DNA from: Trypethelium eluteriae
Lineage: Eukaryota
Reading direction: 5' to 3'
NCBI GenBank assembly: GCA_051942245.1
Contig: JAVECL010000173.1
Location: 1-39,978 of the forward strand
DNA length: 39,978 bases
Shown: positions 12,281 through 22,074 of the stretch, one piece after another
How the letters are laid out: every line of letters starts with the position of its first letter
How positions within the stretch are numbered: position 1 is the first letter of the stretch
Translations under genes and position numbers: made by a program
Notes under the pieces: model-generated
What the model was told of the DNA's origin: nothing
Seen by the model: only the letters and a program-made list of their open reading frames with translations
Databases searched by the model: none

Positions 12281-12442
12281 CGGATGGAAGACCGCAGGAT
12301 GCGTTATCGTTAGCCATCCCCGCGGCCGGCAGTCATGTGGAGGGGTCGAGATGTTGATCTTTTACTGGCGTCGGATGTAACCAAATAGATGTTCGGGATG
12401 CACATCCGACAGCTCGTTCGTGTAAGATAAGATTCACGGATG
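12281..12442. promoter_or_regulatory. Candidate Zn2Cys6 binding array (CGGATG x4) in the P5CDH/oxidase divergent promoter
   Basis: CGGATG/CATCCG at 12281, 12372, 12403 and 12437. Perfect 9-bp inverted repeat GTCGGATGT (12370-12378) / ACATCCGAC (12402-12410). GATAAG near 12426. Confidence 0.4.
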
Positions 12443-12715
12443 CGTTCCCGTAGCCTGCGATCTGGCCAGCGCGGAACCGACACTACCCTCTCTTACCATG
12501 GTTCATGGTGCCATTCGACTCAAGTACGAGGACTGGATTTTACGAGACTGTGAATGGCCCGTGAACCTGGATTCTTTACTGCCGGCTTGATGTCTCATTC
12601 TAGTATTTGGCCGCGGCCTCGGTATGAGGCTGACGAAAAAGACTTGATGTACACTTCCTCCGAGCGTGTTTGATTCTGCTAAACTAAAATGATCCAAAAT
12701 TTTGGGAGCACAAAG

Positions 12716-14070
12716 ATGAACAAGCAGGATTTGCCAATTGCCATTGTTGGTGCAGGCGCGTGGGGATTATCCACAGCGCTGCACCTCGCAAATGCCGGCT
12801 ACACGAACATTACGGTATACGAGCGAGCGGGGAAGATCCCTTCGCCGTACTCTGCTGCCTGGGACCTCAATAAGATTGTGCGGGCAGAATATGAGGATGG
12901 CTTTTACACAAAACTCGCATTGGTAGACACGACCTTATTAGTCAGATCTGAACAGTAGCTGAGCTATTGTAGGAAGCAATCGAGGGCTGGAAAACGGCTT
13001 TGTTCGGTCCATATTTTCACCAGACAGGTTATGTTGTCGCGGCCACTGGTCGTGCTCCGCCCAAGGCCGTCAAGCATATGGAAGATGCTCTGGCAACAAT
13101 CGAGAAAGACCCAATATTTGCACCCGGAATCAGGCGCCTCGACGGTGCTGGGGACTTTAAAACTTACACTTGGCAGTATTCGGGCCCGCTAACTGGATTC
13201 AAAGGGTATTTTAACCGTCTGGCAGGATATGCACACTCTTCAGATACGCTTGAAGGCATATGGAAGCACTGCGCAAGCATCGGTATAAAGTTCGTTCTTG
13301 GCGAGGAGAAGGGGAAGGTGGCAAGGTTGGTCTACACGGGCAAGAAGTGCGTTGGTGTCGAAACTGCGGACAGCAAGACTCATAAGGCGGACCTCACAAT
13401 TTGTGCTTTGGGAGCGCACAATGCTGCCTTGCTGCCTAGTTTGGGCCAGTTCGTCACAGCTCGTAGCTGGTCGGTGGCACACGTTCAGCTCAGCGAAGAT
13501 GAGGTCAACCTGCTCCGCGGTATTCCCACCACGAATATAAGAGACCTGGGATTTTTCTTTGAACCAGATCCCAAGACAAGGCTGTTCAAGCTCTGTCCGC
13601 TCGGTATCGGATACACAAATCCAGGACCCAACGGTGTATCATTACCACCGCCTGAGCGGCTTCCTCCTCCTCAGGACTTCATCCCTCGTGAAGACGAGCT
13701 GAAGCTTCGACAACTGCTGCGCGAGACGTTTCCCTGGATGGCAGATAGGCCTTTTGTAGATCAGAAGCTATGCTGGTTTGCAGATACTGCAGACTCGGAA
13801 TTTTGCATTGACTATGTACCAGGAACAGACCACTCTGCCATTGCCCTGTCTGGCGACTCTGGGCACGGCTTCAAGATGATGCCAATCTTTGGTAAGTGGG
13901 TCAAGGAGTTGATCGAGAGTGATGAGCAGCATCTGCAACGCTGGCGATGGAAGAACGTTGATCTGACGGACCAAAATTGGGGAGAAGCCGTTAGTTGGCG
14001 CATTGGCAAGGGCGCCGAATTGAAGGATCTCATCGCAGCACAGAGCAAGATAGCACGGGCGAGGCTATAG
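12716..14070 (+). CDS. FAD-dependent amine oxidase of the sarcosine/L-pipecolate/fructosyl-amino-acid oxidase family, C-terminal PTS1-like ARL
   Basis: IAIVGAGAWGLSTALHL dinucleotide fold and SAAWDLNKIVR; intron 12923-12972; LCWFADT (covalent-FAD Cys region) and GDSGHGFK; ends ...ARARL*. An alternative in-frame ATG lies at 12689. Confidence 0.9.
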
Positions 14071-14501
14071 CCGTAAATACCTCAGTCACTGTAATGAGAA
14101 ATGTCAATGATAATTCACGTCATGCGACTTCCAAAGCTTGTACTGGGATAGTTCAGTAAACATTCTTCGTTTCCCATCGTTGTCTGTCAACAGTCTTGTA
14201 CCACGTGACTAAAGTGGATTGGGCTCTGAATCGGCTTGCAATAAGGTACCGTATATTTGGTTGGCTTAGCCATGGAATACTTGGTGTCGACGGCGTCGGA
14301 AACGTCGGGTGCAGATCCGGTAAAAGAGAGGGCTGCGTTAACGCTTGTTGATAGATAAGCTGCGTTTCAGTTCGAATCCATATCGAGGCTTGAAGATGTT
14401 CATCGCAAAAACTACTCTAAAATTGGTGTACCTACTTTTACTCGAGGTCTCGTGTTTGCCTCAACGAATGGACGATCGAGCATCGCCCGTTCTGCTCAAC
14501 G

Positions 14502-15370
14502 ATGCCGAACGACGACACAACGCTTAGAGCACCTAGCACGGCCGAATGGCTGGCAAGAAGTCTTGCAGGCGATGTGACAGCTGCCGTGACAGCCGCTGCA
14601 GCAGTCTCCCCGATTATGACTGTAATCGACAGGTCAGTAGGCGATAATCAGTGATAATATTATCAAGCGACTCATGAGGGTACAGAGCAGTAGTAGAGAA
14701 TGCAGCGGGCCAATGCCCTCTGCTGGCGTCTACCCGAGCTTCCTTACGCACATTGGTCCGCCGTCCACGCCAATTTTTCATGACCCGGTCGTTTTCTGCG
14801 ATGTTCTTCCTTTATATGGGCACCTACTTGACCGCCAATACAATCGATACAATGTCTTCGTATAAGCAGGGACTTCCCGCCGCGTCAGCGACCAGCAGCA
14901 GCGCCAAATTCCTTGCAGTCACGTCTGTGAACGTCGGACTAGCATTAAATAAAGACAGTGTTTTCGCGCGCTCATTTGGAACACAGTCATCCCGCTCACG
15001 TTCGCTACCGCTCATTAGCTACATACCATTTCTCATGCGGGATGCGATAACGCTGTTCGCAACATTTAACGTGCCGTCATTATTGGCGCTGAAACTTCCA
15101 GACACCGTAGAGTGTTGCATGAGCAAGCTGTCTACAGCGCAGCTGGTGGCACCAGCGGCAAGTCAATTTTTGACAACGCCGCTACATCTCTTAGGGCTCG
15201 ATCTGTACTATCGGAGTGGGAAACTGTCGTCTTTTGAACGCGTCAAGGCGGCAAAAAAGGCGTGGTTGTCCACATCTTTGGCCAGGGCTTGTCGCATTGT
15301 TCCTGCATATGGGGTCGGAGGCGTTATAAACAACAATATGAAGATGTATATGACAAAATCACCGAGTTGA
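14502..15370 (+). CDS. Conserved fungal membrane protein resembling mitochondrial-carrier-like proteins; function unknown
   Basis: Exon 1 14502-14632 (MPNDD...LAGDVTAAVTAAAAVSPIMTVIDR), intron 14633-14685, exon 2 AVVENAAG...GTYLTANTID...RDAITLFATFNVP...QFLTTPLHLLGLDLY...RIVPAYGVGGVINN. The P-x-x-x-I-D-R and TPLHLL segments resemble degenerate carrier motifs. Confidence 0.75.
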
Positions 15371-15661
15371 ATACAAACAGAAGGCCTTCGATGCTAGGCA
15401 CTCGCTTGAGCGGGTTGACCAGTAGACGCGTGAATCCCCGCCGGGGTGCTTTTGCCTGTCGAAGGTTTCTTATGTCATCAAGTCACGTGACCCTATCTCA
15501 TCCCCGCTCCACTCCTCTGCGTCGTTGCGCGTCTTGTACTCCGTATGTGAGTGTACAGCTCTTACTATTCCTGATTCTCGCAGGTAGGGTGGTATTTTGC
15601 ACCCTGTCCATTGTGCATCTTTCGCCGATGCCATTGGGTACGCATCATGTAAGGGCGCAGA

Positions 15662-18165
15662 ATGTTAAAGAGCACAGATAGAATTGGGCGTAGGAACGAT
15701 CGCGTACGCAAACGTGCTCCAAATGCGTTAGGATCTTCTGTCATCTCACGTGATTGTCTATGTCTCTTGCTGACCTGGATGCTAGCTGTGTTCGATGCAG
15801 GAAGCAGAAGATAAAGTGCTCTGGAACTGTGCCATGCGAGCAGTGCAAGAAGAGATCTGTGCTCTGCGATTTCGATGCTAGGCAACAGAAAGTCTTGGTA
15901 ACCCAAAGGTACAATCATTAGCATGAGCCATGAGTCCATAGCTCACGAGTTGCAGCTATATCGCCGACCTCGAAGAACGGGCTGCTAGGCCGAGGAGGGG
16001 AAGCACAGATGAAGACCAGGAGACGGGCCCTGATGACGAGGAAGGCCACCATGAACAGGACCATGGACTATCTAGGCCCACGACACCGCAAGTCACACCG
16101 CCGAATGACAGCGGAATCAATATCGATGTAAGCAGATCTCCGCATTCAGACATAGACCAAGTGCATCAGAATGGACTTCATAGCGCCCCTGCGGCCGATC
16201 TCAGGAATCCATTGGATCCTGTGAATTCTGATGCCTTTACCGTGAACAACGGTAGTAAACCCTGTACAGCTCACGGCCCCTTCCGCTGTGTTGCGCTGTT
16301 GACTGACCGTGACAGATTTTCTTGGCGTGTCATCAAATTGGTCGTTTGGTCGGCGGGTCTTGCGCATGGTGCACTCCAAGACCAGTGAAGCACCTCTATC
16401 AACCGCAGCACTTCTTTTCGAAGGCTCAACCTATGACCTCGGCTGGGACGGTCAACGAACTTCAGCAAATGTTGACAGCAGTGTCCTGCCCGCGGCGGAC
16501 TTTGCAATCTATTTGATCGATGCGGTAAAATTTCACTGTGGTCATCTGTTCCATATGTTTGACGAGACGACTTTCATGCATCATTTTCACAAATTCTACG
16601 ACGAACCGAGCAATCAACGGACCTACCCTAGACTCTGGTATATTCATTTTCTCATCATACTTGCTTTCGGCAAGGGATTCCTCGTCCGTGCCAAAAATGA
16701 AAAACGCCCACCGGGATCCGAATTATTCGTGCAAGCCATGAAATTGCTCCCAGACATTTCCTACATGTACAGTGATACTGTACAATCGATAGAATTGCTG
16801 TGCTGCGCGGCATTGTATCTCCAGTGCTTGGACAACCGGAGTGCTGCGTACAACATGGTAAGTGTATCCTCTCTTTGGATCCACAGAACGGTCCCTGATG
16901 TATCGCAAGATAGGGCAAGCTTTGCGGATGGCGGTCGAGCAAGGCATGCATACTGATATGAGAAGCCTTCACTTGTCTGAAAGCTTGGTTGAACGCAATC
17001 GGGAAACATGGTGGACAGTCTACGTTCTTGACCGCCAAATGACTGCTCTGATGGGTGTGCCTATGAGTCTCTCCGATGATGACATCACAGCTCCCCTGCC
17101 TTCCTTCGCCGGCTCGTTGGCAAAGCAGAAGGCCCTTGATATTCATATCAAATTAGCCAGGGCTAATGCTGCGATCTTGCAGAGTAAGTGCACTAGATCG
17201 GATAAACAAGGTGGATGCTGACTGTCCATATAGCTGTTTATGGTAAGACTGGTGGTAGAAGCGAACGCTTTCTTGCTAGCATGAAGGAAGCTCTCAGAAC
17301 TATCGCTGAAGCGAAGGACGAGCTAAACCTTTTCTATTCGCTCAACTTACACCAACCAGCAGGCGGCATCTCTAGACTTTGGGCAACCTTGCATTTGTTC
17401 CATCACCAGGTATAATATCCTTACAATTGGATGTGCTTTGTACGCTAAGTTGCGTTCGATAGACTCTCATTCTTGCGACAAGACCATTGCTTTATAGCTT
17501 CCTGCAGAAGCGACTTGAAGCGACTAGGTCACTACGTGTGTCTTCCTCTTCAGATGCAAGATCATTGATTCGTGTGTGCGTCAGCTCTGCTCAACAGAGC
17601 CTCAAGCTTTTGGAGACTTTACAGTCGCAAAGCCTGCTCGGCAAGTGGTCACTCTAAGATCATGTGAATCATTCCTAACAGTTCTCCAGAGAGTTTTGTC
17701 CCATTCGATCGCGAAGCGACTTTCTCTTCGTCGGTCGTCCTCTCCGTGGCCGCAACCGTTGATCCATCCCTCGTCAAAGATCGGGACTCGCGTTTGATGA
17801 CCGCTTCCAGTATTCTTGATGAAATGGTGTCTTGCGGTAATCGTATTGCTGATTTCCAACGGCGTGAACTTGATCAGCTAGACTTTAGCTTGAGGAGGCT
17901 GCAGGAGTTTTCAAGCCCAGCGATTTCGAACCACCAAGTCCAGCATGAGAATTCTGACAGCGTACCAAGTTACAGTATGGCCGCTGCAGATGTTCAGATG
18001 GATGGGAGAGACCAGGCAATGTCACATGTCGATATCGGCAGGCTTCTAGACGAGTGGAACTCAGAAGATAGTCTCAATGGCGAGCAGCTTCTGGCAGTTG
18101 TTGACTCTTTAGACTACGACCAATTCAACTGGCCTGGTGTGGGAGAATTTGATGCATGGACCTAA
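15662..18165 (+). CDS. Zn(II)2Cys6 transcription factor with fungal-specific TF domain (PrnA/Put3-like proline-utilisation activator type)
   Basis: After intron 15727-15785: ACVRCRKQKIKCSGTVPCEQCKKRSVLC binuclear cluster. Middle homology region FLGVSSNWSFGRRVL, GQALRMAVEQGMH and RETWWTVYVLDR; acidic C-terminus. About 7 introns, including a probable GC-AG intron at 17641-17689. Confidence 0.9.
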
Positions 18166-18666
18166 TTTCCGGCACAGAAAAAGTTGGCAAAGATGACTGA
18201 GGTTCTCACAAGGCAACAATCAGCACACAAGACGATAGAGAGATGCACGCGGGTCTTCCAAGGACGGTAACATTCGATCCTCCGAGCCGTCGAAATTCAT
18301 CTAAGGCCAAAATATCGTCAAGGGGCCCGCGACCCGCGTTCATCAAGCTCCCGTCCCGTTGATATCGGCAATGCTTCTATGATGCATGCACCTCGAGAAC
18401 TGGTCTGCAGATGAATGAGCTAAGTCTGGCGCATGATCTGCATCCTTATCAAGGTCCCTGGGATTCCATAACCTCTCGGCATCGCAACCGGGCGTTGCAG
18501 GGTGGGCTGTGGTGATAGCGCTTCACAAGAGGTGGGGTAGCTTCTCAGATAAACACTAATCGGAAACACCAACCGACCACCACCTTGATATTGCAAATAT
18601 ACATTCATCTTAGGAGATCATTCACTGCCGTGTTCGGATTCTAATTCAATCAAGCTCAAATTCCCC

Positions 18667-20205
18667 ATGATGTCTACCCGAGTCCATTGTCATATCTTTC
18701 AGCAAGGGCTTTGCCTACCAACCAGTCCACTTTGTCGAAGCTCAAAGGTCGTCTGGGCGACTACATATAGTCGCAAGAACTCGAGTTACGCTGCACTACC
18801 ACGGAAAGGTGAAGATCATGATGTGCACCACCGTAGAACTGCTCTGAGGAAGCAGCCAAACGGGTCCATGATATCAGGGCTTGAACGCGTACCCACACCT
18901 GCCATCCTACGCAACTTACTCCTGGGCCTCCTGCTCTCCTCTCCACGCTTATCTCACGTAGGCTTCAAGCTACTTGACAAAATGGCGTACTCCAAATCTA
19001 CTCTCCTCAATCCAGATGCCAACCCAGTGCTACGTGCGGTGGTGAAGCCCCTATTCTATGATCAGTTCTGTGCCGGAACGAATCAGAAAGAAGTATTCAG
19101 GACGAGAGACACAATACGACGGTTAGGCTATGCGGGGGTGATACTATGCTACGGCAAAGAGATACAAATATCGCGATCAAAGAAGCTCCAATCTACAGGA
19201 AGTGAGTGTACAGACCAAGCTCTAGAAGTCGAGCAGTGGAAAGAAGGCAACTTGAGAACACTTGACATGGTTGGAGAGGGCGACTGGATTGGTCTTAAGT
19301 GAGCAGTTCTCGCTATTCGGCAGGTAACACGACTAATGGAGTCTAGATTGACCGGCGCCGGGCCTGGTGTTGCAAATGCCCTGATGAATAACCAGGACCC
19401 GCCGGCGGAATTTGTCGCCGCCATGGACGCGATCTGTCAAAAAGCAAGGTCCCAGAAATGCCGTCTGTGGGTCGATGCCGAACAGCAAATGTTCCAGACA
19501 ACAATCGATCGCTGGACCATCGACTTTATGCGTAAATATAACACCAATGGCAAAATATTAGTATATAGCACTATTCAAGCTTACCTCAAATCATCGCGAG
19601 ACAAAATCAAATATCAGTTGTCCCTAGCTGCGGCGGAGAACTGGACACTGGCTATTAAACTCGTCCGCGGAGCCTACATCGCTAATGATCAGAGGGAAAA
19701 GATTCACGACACGAAGGCGCATACAGATGAGTCGTACAATAGCATCGTCGCCGATGTTCTGACAGGCAGAAACCTTGGCTTCCTTGGTTCTAATGGGCAG
19801 AGCTTCCCGAAAATAGCACTCTTCCTCGCTGGCCACAACCCTGAGTCTGTGTCAAAAGCATGGGACCTGATCCAGGAGCTGTCCGCGAAAAAAGAGCTTA
19901 AAGTCTTGCCAGACTTTGGACAACTACAGGGTATGGCAGATGTGCTTGGGTGTAGACTTCTGCAGAAATGTGATGACTTGAAGGCAAGCAGTGAGAGTTC
20001 GACACGTCTTGATGACGCATCTAAGGAGGAGGTCGTTGCCGTGCCAGAGGTTTTCAAGTGTCTTACTTGGGGCAGCATGCAAGAATGTATGCAGTACCTT
20101 TTGCGACGACTGATTGAGAATCAGAGCGGCGCAGACAGAATGAGAGACGGACTGACTGCATATCGGCAGGAGCTGTGGAGGAGATGGTTTGGAAAGTCGG
20201 TCTAA
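18667..20205 (+). CDS. PUT1: Proline dehydrogenase-family flavoenzyme (PrnD/Put1 paralogue; predicted hydroxyproline-accepting)
   Basis: Mitochondrial-type N-terminus; YDQFCAG; intron 19299-19346; LWVDAEQ, TIQAYLK, KLVRGAY, LAGHN, FGQLQGMAD and FKCLTWG...YLLRRLIEN. Confidence 0.92.
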
Positions 20206-20467
20206 AATTGGTCGATATGTCACGATTTTGAAGAATGCGAATAATGATATGATAGCCGCTGTTGCTAATATACGTATCTTCGATTCTAATGAGTATGAAA
20301 ATCTGATGAACTATCTACGCGGGTACCACTCACTCAATATCAAGAATACTTAGCTTTAGCTATGGAGACGGCGTCCACCTATCTAATGCCATTTATCCCT
20401 GCAATCCCGTACCACTGTTGCCAACTAGCTGAGCGACGCGTCCAGGCAACATGCGAACACAATCGCA

Positions 20468-21496
20468 TCACAACCTAGCCTGTGCAGTTTCGCTCTCTCG
20501 AGCTACGTCCTCTAATTTCGCAATCCTCGCAACGGTCTCCCTAATCCGCCTCTGCTGATCCTCCGGAACTCCCACATATGGCTTCCTCGGCCTCAACAAG
20601 ATCTCCGCATCCTTGATACCAGCCCGTCTCGCCGTCCCTATCGCAGCCGCAAACTTCGTATTCGCAATCCCCGCCTTGGTCGGCTGCTCGGCGAGCGAAA
20701 GCACCTGCTGCAGAGCCAGCGCGTCTTCCTGTCTGCCGCACTCCCACAGCCGATACAACCTCGCGACGGATTTGGGGAATACGTTGGCGAAGGCGGCGAT
20801 GCATCCTGCGCTGCCGACTGCGAGACCGCCCAGGAGGAAGTCACTCTGGCCGCCGAAGGTGACGAAGCGGGAGGGTGGGAAGGTGGCTGCGAGCCGTGCG
20901 ATCTTAGCGACGGATCCGCAGGTCAGCTTCACGCCGACAATGTTGGGGTGAGCTTGGGCGAGAGCGGTGATGATGTCGGAATCGAGATCTAGGCCGTTGC
21001 AGACAAGAGGGAAATTGTAGAGGATGATGGGGAGCGGAGAAGCGGCTGCGATGTCTGCGAAGAAGGACTTCACGACTTCGGGGGTTGTTTGTTTTCCGAA
21101 GTAGGCGCAGGGAAGGATGAGGAGATAGTCGGCTCCGGCTTCGTGGGCGTCTGCAATGTACTCCAGAACTTGTGCTGTCGAATGGCCCATGACACCAGCA
21201 ATAATTGGGAAGCCTTTGGGCACACTTCTTCGCGCTAACTCAAGGAGGGTCCTCCGCTCTTCGCGCGTGAGAAGAAATGTTTCCGCATTTGTTCCCAAAA
21301 TCACGAGTCCCGTTAGGCCAGTGCTGGCGAGATAAGCGTAGTATTTTGACTGGGCCTCTAGATCGAGCTCGTCTCGGTCCTGCTTGTAGAAAGTGACAGC
21401 CGGCACGTAGGTACCAGGCTTTGGAACAGGGTGAGAGTGGGATAAGAGAGGGCCGCTCGGCCTCTTTGAAGTAGAATCGTGAAGGAGAGTCGCCAT
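20468..21496 (-). CDS. DHDPS/NAL-family class I aldolase (4-hydroxy-2-oxoglutarate aldolase-like), C-terminal PTS1-like ARL
   Basis: Intronless, ATG 21496. Motifs PGTYVPAVTF, GLVILGTNAE (GxNxE rather than DHDPS GTTGE), ILYNFP and IVGVKLTCG (Schiff-base Lys); ends ...TAQARL*. Confidence 0.88.
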   Translation of the reverse strand: MATLLHDSTSKRPSGPLLSHSHPVPKPGTYVPAVTFYKQDRDELDLEAQSKYYAYLASTGLTGLVILGTNAETFLLTREERRTLLELARRSVPKGFPIIAGVMGHSTAQVLEYIADAHEAGADYLLILPCAYFGKQTTPEVVKSFFADIAAASPLPIILYNFPLVCNGLDLDSDIITALAQAHPNIVGVKLTCGSVAKIARLAATFPPSRFVTFGGQSDFLLGGLAVGSAGCIAAFANVFPKSVARLYRLWECGRQEDALALQQVLSLAEQPTKAGIANTKFAAAIGTARRAGIKDAEILLRPRKPYVGVPEDQQRRIRETVARIAKLEDVARESETAQARL

Positions 21497-22074
21497 ATGG
21501 GCGTGACTGACTAGTAGCAATGAATTCGCGCTGGAAAGAACTGATTGCCGTTGAATCCAATGGTGGCTCGCAGCTCGTCTACAATCCCGACATATATTTT
21601 CTGAAGATTCTGCGACATAATGGGCTAATACTGCCTAACCGATCTTACATCTGGTGTTCTGTAACGTCGGGTGCTGAGCCGATGCGAACCCAGACATCCG
21701 GCTTCAAGAACAAGTGGCAGTAAGGAACTATGCGAACGTCATTTCTACCGATGAAGCCTCCGAAACTTTCATATAATCGCCTGTCTGAGCTGTCAACACT
21801 TGTCTCCGAAGCATAAGGGGCGTATGGATATGCGAGCGACGCCTGCTTGAATGTGCCACTTCTTGTTGCAGGTGGTTACCCAATCTCGGTAGCTCATCCG
21901 AGCTTTCCGATTCTTTGATTAAATAAGCGCCACCTATCGGAACCCTTTACCGCAATCCATTTCATCAGTCGCTTCGAAAGGCGATGAGGAATTGGGTTCG
22001 TCTGCATATCGATACTGCTGAAGCTGCCGACAGCTGTTTACGAATCCGGGATTCTATTTATTAACATTTTGAGG

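Noticed and set aside
20468..21496. Dihydrodipicolinate synthase for lysine biosynthesis
   Set aside because: Fungi use the alpha-aminoadipate pathway and the motif is GTNAE rather than GTTGE. A galacturonate-pathway aldolase (GaaC-like) is not excluded by sequence, but the context has no sugar-acid genes.
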